A stretch of DNA of 64,000 nt, from IMG/VR virus record IMGVR_UViG_2862465376_000001, positions 92,950-156,949 of that record. One strand, given 5' to 3'. A program made the position numbers and the translations under genes. The notes under the pieces were generated by a model. That model was not told where the DNA came from, made no database searches, and saw only the letters and a list, made by a program, of their open reading frames with translations. Below, in pieces: positions 40,491 through 51,854 of the stretch (its first letter is position 1; the number at the start of each line of letters is the position of its first letter). Origin of the DNA: a virus (Duplodnaviria; Caudoviricetes).

Positions 40491-41096
40491 GTGAGCCGGA
40501 CTCATCCGCCACTCCTGCCTGGGAGTTACCTCATGCACTCCCCGCACCACCAGGCGCCCAGACCGCCACTGGGATCGCTCCGCAACCTTATCTACCGGCG
40601 CATCTACCTCACCGACGGACACAGTATCGCCGCCGTCCGGGACGACTTTGGCCAACGGGCCAAACGCAGCGGGCTCGACCGGGACATCGCCGACGCCGCC
40701 CTGCTGTGCTTATCGGAACTGTCCACCAACGTCGTCCGGCACGCCTGCGACGTCCGCGACCGGCCACGCTTCCAGGTCACCAGCGCCATCGTCGGCGCCC
40801 GGCAGCGCTGGCTGCGCATCGGCGTCCACGACCGCGACCGCGACCACATCCCCCGCCTCCCCGACCGGGACAAGGCCATGAGCCTGCTCATGGACCTCGA
40901 CGAGGACCGGGAGGACGGCCGGGGTCTGCTCATGGTCGCCACGTGCGCCCCGGACGCCGGAGTCGACTACGGCCCGTTCTTCAACGGCAAGATCATATGG
41001 TGCCGCTGGCCCCTGGACGGCCAGGAGGCCACGCCGGGGCACTCTCTCCGCCCCCGCGTGGCCTCCTGGGCCTCGTCGGCTACACCTTCGCCATGA
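40491..41096 (+). CDS. HATPase_c ATP-binding (anti-sigma-like) protein
   Basis: LSELSTNVVRHA, IGVHD, EDGRGLLMV, GKIIWC; in-frame TTA at 40710. Confidence 0.85.
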   Translation: MSRTHPPLLPGSYLMHSPHHQAPRPPLGSLRNLIYRRIYLTDGHSIAAVRDDFGQRAKRSGLDRDIADAALLCLSELSTNVVRHACDVRDRPRFQVTSAIVGARQRWLRIGVHDRDRDHIPRLPDRDKAMSLLMDLDEDREDGRGLLMVATCAPDAGVDYGPFFNGKIIWCRWPLDGQEATPGHSLRPRVASWASSATPSP

Positions 41097-41280
41097 CGCT
41101 GTGCAGGTACTGGAGAGCCGTCTCCAGGTCGTAGACGGCCTCCGTGCCGCCCTCGATCTCCAGGGGGTCCGGCGCCCCCTTGTACTTCATCAGATTCCGT
41201 ACGTGGTTCGGGGTGCGGCCGACCCGGTTCGCGAGCCCCTTGACCGTGATGAGCCGCCGAGAGGCTCGCTCGTCAGTCAT
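41080..41280 (-). CDS. Excisionase/AlpA-like small HTH protein
   Basis: LITVKGLANRVGRTPNHVRNL...APDP...VYD. Confidence 0.55.
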   Translation of the reverse strand: MTDERASRRLITVKGLANRVGRTPNHVRNLMKYKGAPDPLEIEGGTEAVYDLETALQYLHSVMAKV

Positions 41281-44200
41281 GACACCTCCTCAGCAGGCTC
41301 GGCCTTGGTGTCGGTGTCCTTGCCGCAGGAGGCGATGACGGTGTCGACGTGCCACCAGCCCTTGCCGATGGGGCCGTTGCTGAGCAGGATGCGGCCCGAG
41401 CAGTGCTTACAGTGGGTGACGGGCTGCTCGGCGAGGAGCGCGGAGATACCGGCCGTCAGGATCGACTGCAGGACGGCCACGTTCTCGTCTCCCCAGGCGT
41501 GGATGGTCACGCTCACGTCGCGCTCCTCGGCGGCCACCTTCTCCTTGTGCCGCTCGGGGTCTTCGAGGTAGACGCTGGTGCCCATGGAGGCGAAGCGGTC
41601 CTGGTGCTCACGGACGTCCGTGCTGAGCATACGGAGCGTGCGCAGGGACCGCTGGAGGCCGGGGAAGCGGCGGCTGATCTCCTGGCGTTCGATCTTCTTC
41701 TCGTCCTGGCGTGCCTGCCGCTCGGCCTCCTCCTTGGCCTTCTTCTCGTCGACCAGCTGCTGGACGTACTCGCGGATCTGCTCGGGGTCGGTCACGTACG
41801 TGGTATTGCCGGGGCCGTAGGAGCTGGGGCGCATCTTGGAGTCGTCGGTGGTGATCACCTTGCGGTGCTCGCGGCCGGTGCCCGTCCACTCCTGGGCGAT
41901 GTAGAACGGGCCGAGACCGGCGGCCTCCGTGCCGGGCAGCTTGATGATGAACTTCCGCGACCAGGGGGTGAGTTCGAGGATGTCGCCCTCCTCGACGGCG
42001 GCGCGCAGCCACTTGCGGGTGGTGCCGGTAGTGACGTCGGCGTGGGAAGCGACCCTCTCGGCGGCCTGAGTCAGGGTGAGCAGCGCGGGGTGGGCGTCGC
42101 GGATCGCCTCCAGGGCGACAGCGGCGGCCTCTTTGGCCTTCGGGTTACTCATGGGTCAGTTCTCCTTCGCTGCCTGGCACTGCGCCTGGCGCCACGTCTT
42201 CAGGTCGGCCGTCATGCGGTCCTTGGCGTCCTTGGGCATCCACGAGTTCGGCAGGCCCGTCGGCGCCCACTCGCCCGCGTAGTCGAGGTGGTCGGCGACC
42301 CAGCGCTGGGCCAGCTCCAGGTTCGCCACGCGCTTCTCCGTCAGGCCGACGCCCGTGTGCGCGCGCAGGGTCTTGCGACGCCACCTGTCGTCACGCCACA
42401 CGTTCACCTCGGCCCGGTAGTCCCAGTGGCCCTGCGCGTGCGCGTGGGCGGTCCGGAAGCTGATCACCGGGCAGTCGTACCTGCGGGCGATCTCAACCAC
42501 GTTGTGGAGGCCAAGGCCCTTCGCGAGGTCGTCGGTGTACCTGCTCACGTCTCCATCTCCCTCAGGTACTTGTACAGCGCGTCACCGGCGTCCGCCCGAC
42601 TGGCGAACTGCTTGCTGAGGTAGCTGTCCGGGGCGGCGAAGTACCAGCGGCGCGGGCCGATGGTGAACGTCACGCCCCTCACGCCGGTGGGCGGGGCCAT
42701 CTCGAACCGGTCGGCCTGCGGCCACACGGCCCACACGAAGTCCTGCAGCTCACCCGGCTCCCTCGGCTCCGGCGTCCAGTCCGGCTTGCCGTGCACGCGG
42801 CGCACGTCCTCGATGGCCTCGGCGAGGCCGTACAGGCGCACGTACTGCGGGAAGGCGGGGCGGAAGGGGCTGAACCCCGCGCCGGGGCAGGCGCCCCCGA
42901 CGTTCTCCCGGCCCGCGTGCCCGGCCTTGTGCGGGCGCAGGCCGCCCCGGTGGGTGCCCTCGGTGTACACCGTCACGTGGCGGTGGCACATCGGACAGGA
43001 GAACCGGTCGCCGGGCTTCAGCGTGTCCAGGGTTGGCATGGTCACCATCCGATCTGGGGCGGTCGGGGCTTCTTGGCCTTCTTGGGCTTGCGGACGGTCA
43101 CGGTGCGGCCGTCGAGGCTGACCGTGTACTTCTTGCGGCGTAGGGCCTCGGTGACGCCCGTCAGGACCTCGTCTGCGGCGTCGTCGGCCACGAGGACGGT
43201 CACGGTTGTGGGGCCCGTCTGCTCCACGGTCACGCCGTCGCGTCTCCAGTAGCCCGCGATCATGAGGTTGGCCTGAACAGCGTCGGCCTGGAGCCGGGTC
43301 CACTCCGGGTCCGGCTCGGCCGGTGCCGTCTTGCGGCGCTCGGCGGGCGGGGGCGGGGCGGGGTGGCGGAAGCGCACATGCGCCGTCAGGATGCCGTCCT
43401 TGTGCGTCATCTCGCTGATCTCGGGGGCAAGGCCCCATGACGTCACGATGCGAGCGATTTCCTGAGCGGCTTCCCTGACGGCGTCCTCGCCGCCGAGGTC
43501 GACGTAAACCGAGATGTACTCGCCCCGGGCGGAGACGAAGATGCCGTACCGCGTGTGCTTCGCGGCGTTCGGGGAGACGTTGACCCCGGCCGCCTTCAGC
43601 CGTCGGGTCACGCCGGGGCCGAGGCGGAGTTCCTTCTTGTTGCCCCGGTTCTGGGGTCGGTAGCCGGACATCGTCAGCGCCCTTCCTTTCCGCCGAAGCA
43701 GCGGGACTTGCGGCACAGCGGCCAGTACGAGCGGGGCTCGTCGGCCTCGGTGTAGTTGGCGTTGGCCAAGTCGAGGCGGGCACCGCAGGCGGGCACCGGC
43801 TCAGTGTCGTCGGGGCCGCTGGCCTGGTAGTGCGACGACTCGTTCACCGGGATGCCTCGGTGGTAGACGGCGTTGTGCGCGAAGCGCGAGTTGATGAACT
43901 GCACCGTCACCACCGCTCCTGGGAGATCTCGTCGAGGACCTTGCTCATGGAGTCGAGGGGGAGGATCACGTACGGCTCGTCGTGGAAGCCGTCGGCGTCG
44001 TGGATGGCGAACGGGCCTCGGTCGGAGGCCGCGTGGCCGGTGAGGATGAAGCTCAGGGCACCCGCAACGTCCGTGGGGGTGGCCGATCGCTTCACCACGT
44101 CGGCCGGGGATTCCTGGGTCGGCTCCTCAGCCGCAGGGCGCTCGTCGCCCTGGAGGCTGGCGATGTACGCCTTCGCGGCCTCCTGGACGGCAGGGATAGT

Positions 44201-45325
44201 GCCGTCGGTCGCCTCGATGGCCTCGCGCAGGCCCGCCACCTCGGGGCTCTGCCAGTCAGCCCAGGGGTCGACGTCCGGCCGCAGGACGGCGTCGGGGTCG
44301 AACCCATAGTTGATGGGGCTCGGGTCGCCGAGCGGAGAAACGATGGCGCGGGCGCGCTCCACGCCTGCTCGGACGTGTGCCTCCCACTGGCGCTTTGCGC
44401 TGATCTCGATGCGCAGGCCCTCGGCGGCGAGCAGCTTGTCCATGTAGTGGCGCAGGCGGTGGCCGACGGGGCTGTCGAACAGCTCCCCGTCGGTCATGTC
44501 GTCGGCGGGTACCGGGGTGAGGTAGGGGGCGCACTGCTCGTTGGCGAAGTCGAGGAGCCAGGAGGGCGTGTCGTCACGGTGCGGCGCGCCCGGGTCGAAC
44601 CAGAGGTTGCCGGGCGCGTTGGCGGGGGTGCCGTCCTTCTTCGCCTGCGTACCTCGCAGCTGAATCCGCCCCACGTAGCGGGAGCCGTCCTTGCGGGTGT
44701 ACAGGGTGACTTCCATGATCTGGGCGATCACGGGCTTGAAGTCCTTGGCCTCGACAACGGGAAAGCCCGTGACGTCGAAGTGCAGTTCAATCTTGCGGGG
44801 GGTGGAGGTCGGCGTCGGCTGCGCCTGGTCCTGCTCAGGCATCGTCGTCTCCTCGGTGGCGGGCGGTCGGCGGAAGCCGTCCAGTGGCGGCGCGTCGGTC
44901 TCGTCGTCCTGCGGGTACTGGAGGGGCACCACGTTGTCCGTCGGCGTGCCCGTCGGCGTGGGGCGCTTCTTCGTGCGGAGGTTGCGGGCGGTGATGCCCT
45001 CCAGCAGCTCGGGGGCGCCGTGGTGCTTGCGGTACCAGCGGATGATGTCTTCGTTCCGGTAGAGCCCGACGCGCTCGGCGTCCTCGCCGAACGCGGCGAC
45101 GTTGTCCGGGGTGTAGACGAACAGGCGGTAGAACGTGCCGTTCTCGTGCACCCAGAGCACCTCGCAGGTGCCGCCGTGGCGGGCGTTCTCCTGGGCCTGG
45201 TGGTCGATGGCGCTCAGGTTCGCCGACGAGGCGGAGAAGATCCGGCCCTTCGGCAGGTGTTCGTTGGGCGGGGTGATCGTGAGGGCTCGGTAGGGCTGGC
45301 GCTGGCCTCGGCCAGAGTTTCCCAT
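41277..45325 (-). CDS. Operon of hypothetical genes (45325-43907, 43913-43674, 43671-43042, 43039-42545, 42548-42156, 42152-41277)
   Basis: Tightly coupled ORFs with RBSs and GC3 bias on the minus strand. Confidence 0.6.
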
Positions 45326-45357
45326 GGGGTGTCTCCTCGGCGGGTGGTGGTGACAGA

Positions 45358-45409
45358 GACGACTTTGGCACAGCACTTGCGTGTGCACAAGTGCTGTGCC
45401 AAAGTCGTC
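45358..45409. repeat. Perfect 22-8-22 inverted repeat at the divergent transcription switch
   Basis: GACGACTTTGGCACAGCACTTG-CGTGTGCA-CAAGTGCTGTGCCAAAGTCGTC. Confidence 0.9.
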
Positions 45410-45520
45410 CTCGTCGAGTTGCTTTCATCTCGCCCTCCGGCCGCCAATCGGAAGGTGCGTAGCGTGAACAGCCCGCCGCGTAAGGATCCCGCCACATCCT
45501 CACCGTCAGGAGTCCCCTTT

Positions 45521-47246
45521 ATGGACCCCGTGAATTTCTCCCGGCTCATGGACGAATTGCGTTCCGTGGACGCGGAAACGGAATTGTCGCTCGTCGAGGA
45601 CCTGGCGCCCGGCCACGTCCTGGCGTCTGACACCTGGGACCGCCACATCGTCACCGGCCTGCCGACGTCCCGCCGTGAGCACGGCGCCGAGCTGATGACC
45701 GTGCCCGTGCGCCACCTCCACGGCGGCCACGCCCTGAGCCTGCCGTTCCACGCCGGTCGGCCGGTGCAGGTCTACGCCGCCCGCGCCAGCAGGGCCGCCC
45801 TGCACCAGGTGCCGGTCATCCCGCGCTGTGTCATCCCCGAGGCCCCCGCCGTCGGGGACCGCGTCGTCCTCCAGCCCTACACGGCCGACAGGCTCGGCGT
45901 CGGCTCCAGCGCCTTCCAGTTCAACGGCTCCAGGTGGCAGCAGGCCGTGACGGCCGCCAGTGGCCACACCGAGATCCGCACCTTCCCCACGCGCAGCATC
46001 GAGACCATCGTCAGGCCGACGGCGTACGCCAGTTCCGTCGGCTGGCACGTCTACCTGCCCGCCGGACACGTCCCGCACCTGTACGCCGACGGCCGCCCGG
46101 TCCCCGCCCGCACCGCCGATCAGCTCACGGACCGGGACGTCATCCTCATGCCCGGCGGCGGGCGGCTCCAGGTCGACTCCGTCACCCGGCACGCCGACGG
46201 CCGCACCCTGCGTCTGACCGTCCTCACCGCGTCCGCGCACACCGGCCTCCACCTGACGTGGGCCAGCCGCGAGGGCGACCGCATCGAGGTCGAGGACTCC
46301 GGCCGTCAGGGCCTGCTCTACGCCACCGAGCCCCGCGCGGTCGAACTCCGGTCGGCCGCCGAACTCGTCGTCGGCGACACCGTCATCGCCGCCTGGGGCA
46401 CCCCGTACAGCAACGTCGCCACCGTCGAGGAGATCTGGCAGCAGCAGCCGGGCGTGCTGGACCCCCAGCGCACCAGCATGCACGTCCACTCAACCACGGT
46501 CGACGGCCGCCCCGTCCGCACCCAGACCGGTTTCGACAACCGGTACCTTCTCCTTCACCGCCCCTCCGTCGACCACGCCTCCGCGCCCGGCGTCGCGGCC
46601 CTCGCCAGGAGTCACGTATGACCATCTACAAGCGGCATCACGACGGAGTCATGATGGTCCCCGTCCGGACCGAGCACCGCATGGACCTGCGGGCGCTGAC
46701 ACTGGCGCTGTACCACTCGAACGAGGAGCTGGGGGCGGAGCTGTCCGTACGTGCTGTCCGCAAGGCTGTCGCCGACGAGCTGGCCTGCCACGGAAGCGAA
46801 CTGATCACGAGGGTCGCCGACTACATCCACGAGGCCGAGGAGTACGACGAGGGCAGCCTTGTCGGCCGTGCCGTCGTCGCCCGTCTGGAGTGGGCGCGCC
46901 GGATGGTCGTCAAGGCGTACGGGCCGGAGTTCGAGCGGTACCCCGAGGCACTCGCCGCCCTCCACGCGTTCGAGGCCCTCACGCCGAAGGCGATCGTGTG
47001 AGCGCCGAGACCTGCGGCGCCGAGCACCCCGACACGCCCGGCACTGTGTGCGACCGGAAGCCGCACCAGAACGCCGGATACCACCGCGAGCGGGCCACGG
47101 GGACCGTGTGGGCCGCCGACCCGCTGCCCGTCGTCCAGGGCACCGGCCGGGGCGCCCTGGCCGCCATCGCCGCCCGCACCACCCGCCACCACCACACCGG
47201 CCCCGCCGCCGAAGCCGTCACCGCCTGGAGACGGTACGACGGCTGA
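45521..47246 (+). CDS. Three coupled hypothetical genes (45521-46621, 46618-47001, 46998-47246)
   Basis: AGGAG RBS; ATGA and GTGA overlaps. Confidence 0.6.
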
Positions 47247-47299
47247 CCGCCCCGGCGCCGCCCCCTCTCCCAGGGGGCGGCGCCGTCTTCACTCACGGC

Positions 47300-47329
47300 T
47301 AGACAATGCATATCCATGTGCATTAGGTT
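47300..47329 (+). promoter_or_regulatory. Palindromic operator/promoter, copy 2
   Basis: TAGACA-ATGCATATCCATGTGCAT-TAGGTT. Confidence 0.85.
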
Positions 47330-47364
47330 GGTCGCATCATCCCGCCAAGGAGGAGAGAACGACC

Positions 47365-48744
47365 ATGCACGAGACCCAGACAATCCACCTTCAGGCCGTC
47401 GGCCGGGTCCCGGCCGTCCCGGCCGATGACCTGAAGCCCGGCGACCAGATCATGTACAACTACGGCAGTGTCTCCCAGGTCGTGAAGATCGTGGACGCCT
47501 CGCCGAAGTTCTTCAAGATCCACGAGGTGAGCGCCGAGACCGGTACGGAGTCCGTCCTCCGCGTCAAGAAGACCACCATGGTCGCCCGCGTGCCCGAGAA
47601 GCACCGCCGCCCCCTCGGTCACACCGACGTCCCGGCCAACCACTACCGCGCCCAGGTCCAGGCACCCACAGCGAGCGGTCTGGGATGGATCACCGTGAGC
47701 CACGGCGAGACCGTCGAGGCTGCCACGAACGGCATCACCGCATCGGGTGCGACGCGGTCCTACTTCGGTACGGTGATGCTGGACGATCACGGCCTCGGCT
47801 ACGCCGCTGATTCCCCGGAGGGGCGCGCCAACAGCGTCAAGGCCATGGCCGAGGGCGCCGTTCTCACCGCCGCCGACGGCCACAGCTTCCGTATCCTGCG
47901 GCCCAGCCAGCCCGACCCGACCGTCGCGCCCACCCTCACCGAGGCGCTCACCATCCGGCCCAAGCAGCTCACGAACCTCACGCCCGTCGAAGTCGACCGG
48001 TACAACGCCGTCGTTGCCGACGAGCTGTCCCGGCTCGCCGGTGAGGCGGACAAGGCGGCCGACGGCGTTCACCGCGCGCTCCTCCAGCGCAAGGTGAGCA
48101 AGCGCCAGGGGCGCGGTTACTCCGAGGTCTGGCCGACGACGCTCGCCGAGGCCGAGCGCATCGCCCGTCAGCACCTCGACAGCGGCTACACCCCTGACCA
48201 GATGGCCCGTGTACAGGCGGGCCTCACCGCGCCCGGGGCCTACACGAAGCGGCTCCGCGCGGCCGTCGGGCACCTGGAATCGACCCGCATGCAGACGCGC
48301 ATCATCATGGACGGCCCCCTCGTCATCCTCGACGAGGAGTTCCGCCGCCGGGGTGGCTGGTCGCGCATGTACCTGTGCACGTCCGACGGCGGGCACGTCC
48401 ACACCGGCCGCGACTGCCCGAGCATCGGCCTCCGCACCCCGCTGAAGTGGATCCCGGAGGTTTCCGGGATGGAGTGGCGCGAGGCGTACCGGCTGGTGAT
48501 CAAGGGCGCCACGGCGGGCACCGAGGCGATCATGTGCACGAAGTGCTACCCCGACGCGCCCACCGAGTGGACCGAGCGGCAGGTGCCCGAGACGGAGTGT
48601 CCCGGCTCGCGCACGAACGCGTACGACTACATGACGGAGAAGGAGCGCCGCCTGTACAGCAAGCGCGGCACCTGCCCCGAGTGCGGGCAGGGCGTCTCCG
48701 TCACCTCCGCCTGGAAGTTCCGCAAGCACGACCGCCCCCAGTAG
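47365..48744 (+). CDS. Hypothetical protein with Zn-binding C-terminus
   Basis: GGHVHTGRDCPS, MCTKCYPDAP, CPECG. Confidence 0.7.
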   Translation: MHETQTIHLQAVGRVPAVPADDLKPGDQIMYNYGSVSQVVKIVDASPKFFKIHEVSAETGTESVLRVKKTTMVARVPEKHRRPLGHTDVPANHYRAQVQAPTASGLGWITVSHGETVEAATNGITASGATRSYFGTVMLDDHGLGYAADSPEGRANSVKAMAEGAVLTAADGHSFRILRPSQPDPTVAPTLTEALTIRPKQLTNLTPVEVDRYNAVVADELSRLAGEADKAADGVHRALLQRKVSKRQGRGYSEVWPTTLAEAERIARQHLDSGYTPDQMARVQAGLTAPGAYTKRLRAAVGHLESTRMQTRIIMDGPLVILDEEFRRRGGWSRMYLCTSDGGHVHTGRDCPSIGLRTPLKWIPEVSGMEWREAYRLVIKGATAGTEAIMCTKCYPDAPTEWTERQVPETECPGSRTNAYDYMTEKERRLYSKRGTCPECGQGVSVTSAWKFRKHDRPQ

Positions 48745-48806
48745 GGCCGCCCCGGGCGCGCCCCACGACCGGGGCGCGCCCGCCCGGGAGGAATCCCGGA
48801 ACCGGC

Positions 48807-48836
48807 TAGACAATGCACATCGATATGCATTAGATT
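48807..48836 (+). promoter_or_regulatory. Palindromic operator/promoter, copy 3
   Basis: TAGACA-ATGCACATCGATATGCAT-TAGATT. Confidence 0.85.
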
Positions 48837-48878
48837 CCTTCTTGAGCCCGCCAGGGAAGAACGACCGAGGAGACCAGC

Positions 48879-49505
48879 ATGTCCGCCTTCACCTACACCC
48901 CCGAGTACCGCACCGGCCTCACCTTCACGTGGGAGGGCGGCGAGTACGTCAACACCAACACCGGCGCCGTGGTCAACGTCTGGCACATCAGCGACGACGG
49001 CAAGTACGAGGGGCCCGCGATCGAGCGCACGCAGGAGGCGTTCGAGGCCGCGTGCGACGAGTGGACCCGCGAGCAGGACCCGAACGACGGCGAGATCGGC
49101 GGCAAGGTCTCCGACCTGCCCCTGTCCCTCCTGCTGCGCCGCGACGGCGTCACGATCTCCTCCGAGCACATCGCCACGGGCGCCGACGCCGAGGGCTGGG
49201 TGCACCGCGAGTACCGCGTCACGCTCGCTTACGACGGCCGCACCTACACCCAGACCGTCAAGCACGGCGGCGAGGAGGGCGACGCGCCGGAGCTGGTGGA
49301 GACCGTGGGCATGCTGGTCCGCCAGTCGGCGACCGCCTACTACGCCGACAACTACGAGGAGTGGGCGAGCGACTTCAGCAGCGACCCCGCCAAGTGGATG
49401 CCCCGCGAGACCTATGACGAAAACGTCAAGATGGCCGAGGACCTGCGCGCGCTGTTCGGCGCCGACCGCTTCGACGAGTACGCCATGGCCGACCACGACG
49501 ACTGA
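48879..49505 (+). CDS. Acidic hypothetical protein
   Basis: GAGGAG RBS. Confidence 0.7.
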   Translation: MSAFTYTPEYRTGLTFTWEGGEYVNTNTGAVVNVWHISDDGKYEGPAIERTQEAFEAACDEWTREQDPNDGEIGGKVSDLPLSLLLRRDGVTISSEHIATGADAEGWVHREYRVTLAYDGRTYTQTVKHGGEEGDAPELVETVGMLVRQSATAYYADNYEEWASDFSSDPAKWMPRETYDENVKMAEDLRALFGADRFDEYAMADHDD

Positions 49506-49511
49506 CCAACG

Positions 49512-49578
49512 GCCCCGGCCCCGCCCACCACGGGCGGGGCGGCCCGAGCCGGGTTCGATGCCCGGTCGGGGCACTCCA
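49512..49578 (+). ncRNA. tRNA-like element 1 (acceptor stem + T-arm)
   Basis: GCCCCGG..hairpin..CCGGG-TTCGATG-CCCGG-TCGGGGC-ACTCCA. Confidence 0.6.
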
Positions 49579-49609
49579 CCATCATCCCGCCTACCGAGGA
49601 GAACAGATC

Positions 49610-50026
49610 ATGCGCATCACCGCCCGCACCGTAGAGCAGGTCTCCGACTACGTGAAGGAGGTCACCGAGGGAAGGTTCGCCCTCGGCTACCACAACAACC
49701 CCGGCGACGGTCGCACCTACGTGGACGGTCACAGGATGGCCCTGTCCTGGAAGGGGCGTAACGCGGCCATCATGGCTATCGCGTACTACCTCGGCGCGGC
49801 CCGCGCCTACCTGGGCCCGGAAAAGCCCTTCCCGGCGGAGATCCAGGCCATCCGCGAGGAGATCCACACCGGGGGAAACGCGGCGGCCTCCAGCTTCGTG
49901 GACGGCCAGAAGGAGGGGCGCGCGTCCATCGAGGCGAACAAGTCCAAGATCAAGGACGAGTCCCTTCCGGTCGAGGAGCGGCGCGCGGCCTTCCGCGCCC
50001 ACAACCGGCGCCAGGCCAACAGCTAG
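49610..50026 (+). CDS. Hypothetical protein
   Basis: GAGGAG RBS. Confidence 0.7.
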   Translation: MRITARTVEQVSDYVKEVTEGRFALGYHNNPGDGRTYVDGHRMALSWKGRNAAIMAIAYYLGAARAYLGPEKPFPAEIQAIREEIHTGGNAAASSFVDGQKEGRASIEANKSKIKDESLPVEERRAAFRAHNRRQANS

Positions 50027-50033
50027 CACCGCA

Positions 50034-50102
50034 GCCCCGGCCCGCCCCCGCGAGGGGGCGTGACGGTTCGGGTCCGGTTCGACTCCGGCCCGGGGCGCTC
50101 CA
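50034..50102 (+). ncRNA. tRNA-like element 2
   Basis: GCCCCGG..hairpin..CCGG-TTCGACT-CCGG-C-CCGGGGC-GCTCCA. Confidence 0.6.
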
Positions 50103-50130
50103 CACCATCCCACCTGCCGAGGAGAAGATC

Positions 50131-50484
50131 ATGGGTCTGACCATCACCGCCGACCACGTCAAGGAACTTGCCACTCTCTTCGGCGATAACGTCCTTGTTC
50201 CCATGCCGAGCAAGCACGGACCCGCCGGTGACCTGTGGGTGATCTCCACCAAGAATAAGCACTATGACGGCTGGCACACGGTCTACGCCACCGTCGAGCA
50301 GGTCAATGACATGGCGCTCGACACCGATTACGACGTGGACGGCCAGATGACCGAGGCCGCCGCCGAGCGTATCGCCCGCAAGCTCAACGAGACGCCGCGC
50401 GAGGAGGCCCGGGGGTACGCGCGCAGCGCGGGCAACCCGGAAGGTTTCTCTGCCCGTGCCATGGACGAGTTGCACAACAACTGA
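50131..50484 (+). CDS. Hypothetical protein
   Basis: GAGGAG RBS. Confidence 0.7.
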   Translation: MGLTITADHVKELATLFGDNVLVPMPSKHGPAGDLWVISTKNKHYDGWHTVYATVEQVNDMALDTDYDVDGQMTEAAAERIARKLNETPREEARGYARSAGNPEGFSARAMDELHNN

Positions 50485-50519
50485 CCAGCCCACCATCCCA
50501 CCACCACCAAGGGGAACCC

Positions 50520-51047
50520 ATGCCGGACATCGATCTGAGCAGTCAGCCGCATTGGACCGAGCAAGACCGCACCATCATGCCGACCGTCGAGCCCAGCTTG
50601 TTGGGCGTCCGCCGGGTCACGGTTGGACGGATCGGCCGCCTGAGGGCCGATGTTGAGCTGTACGCCCCCGTTCCTGACATCAACCAGGGCGGCACGCTGG
50701 AGCTGGGCCAGGCCCAGGTGCGCCACCTCTACGCCGAGTTCGGCAAGATGATCGAGCAGTGGGACACCGAGCCCCGCGACCTGGCCGCCGAGGCAGACAC
50801 GATCTTGCGCGACGCCAAGAACCTCGGCCGCAGCCGGGCAAGCAGCGGATACGAGATCGAGACCGACGGCACCGCCGTGTACGTCTACCACAACGACGGG
50901 CGCGAGCGGTCCCCTCACCTGCGCGCGCTCTACCCGTACTCAGACGTCCTCAGGGACTCCGGATATACCGGCGTGAAGCTGGAGGAGCAGACCGACGACC
51001 ACGCCGCCCGCGTCGTCGCCACCCCGCCCGCCGCCGAGGACTTCTAG
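50520..51047 (+). CDS. Hypothetical protein
   Basis: RBS, codon bias. Confidence 0.65.
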   Translation: MPDIDLSSQPHWTEQDRTIMPTVEPSLLGVRRVTVGRIGRLRADVELYAPVPDINQGGTLELGQAQVRHLYAEFGKMIEQWDTEPRDLAAEADTILRDAKNLGRSRASSGYEIETDGTAVYVYHNDGRERSPHLRALYPYSDVLRDSGYTGVKLEEQTDDHAARVVATPPAAEDF

Positions 51048-51054
51048 CACCACC

Positions 51055-51122
51055 GCCCCGGCCCCGGCATCCAGCCGGGGCGACGGTCCGAGACAGGTTC
51101 GATGCCTGCCCGGGGCACTCCA
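51055..51122 (+). ncRNA. tRNA-like element 3
   Basis: GCCCCGG..hairpin..CAGG-TTCGATG-CCTG-C-CCGGGGC-ACTCCA. Confidence 0.6.
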
Positions 51123-51150
51123 CCACCCGCCAAGAACACCATGGGGAGTC

Positions 51151-51854
51151 ATGAGCGAGCACAACAGCACCATCGTGAAGAGGTTCGAGGAGGCGGCCCG
51201 TGCCGCCGTCGCCAACGCGCAGGCGACGCGGGAGAAGGCACAGGCGGCCATCGGCGTGGACGGCCGGACCGACGAGCACGCCGACGCCGAGCGCATGTTC
51301 GCCGAGGGCATCCTGTGTCACTACGTCGAGCGCAGCATCAACGAGGACGGCACCCTTGTGCGCGAGCTGGACGAGAGCGACGACGACATGGTCAAGCACC
51401 TGCGCCGGGGGCGGCGGAACCTGATCAAGCGCCTGTTGTTCACGCCCGAGCAGCAGCGCGAGGGGATCGCCGGGCTTCAGCAGCACTACCGGCGCGAGGG
51501 TGCCAAGCGCTTCCTTGGCGAAACGACGTTCGTGCGCGTCGAGGGCGAGCTGTGACCGCCCAGACTTTCGATCTCTGGTTCGATACGGAGCCGCTAAACA
51601 CGATGATCCGCGACCCCGAGGGACGTCTGTCCCGGGCCGTGGAGGCGTGGGAGGGCGGCGACCCCGAGGGGGCCGCCAGGATCGCCCGGGGGCTCGCCGG
51701 GGACATCAAGGGACTGCACCCGCGCATGCCCTGGCGGGCCGCCTACGCCCTCGCCCGGTTCATGGTGGAGAACACCGCCGACGCCCGCCGCGAAATCCGC
51801 GAGGAGGCCGAGAGGTTCAGGGGCGCCGACCACATCAGCGACTCGGGGAGGTGA
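51151..51854 (+). CDS. Two coupled hypothetical genes (51151-51555, 51552-51854)
   Basis: GGGGAG RBS, GTGA overlap. Confidence 0.6.

Noticed and set aside
49512-51122. Bona fide tRNA genes
   Set aside because: Too short, with only one arm between the acceptor stem and T-arm and no anticodon loop; reported as tRNA-like elements instead.
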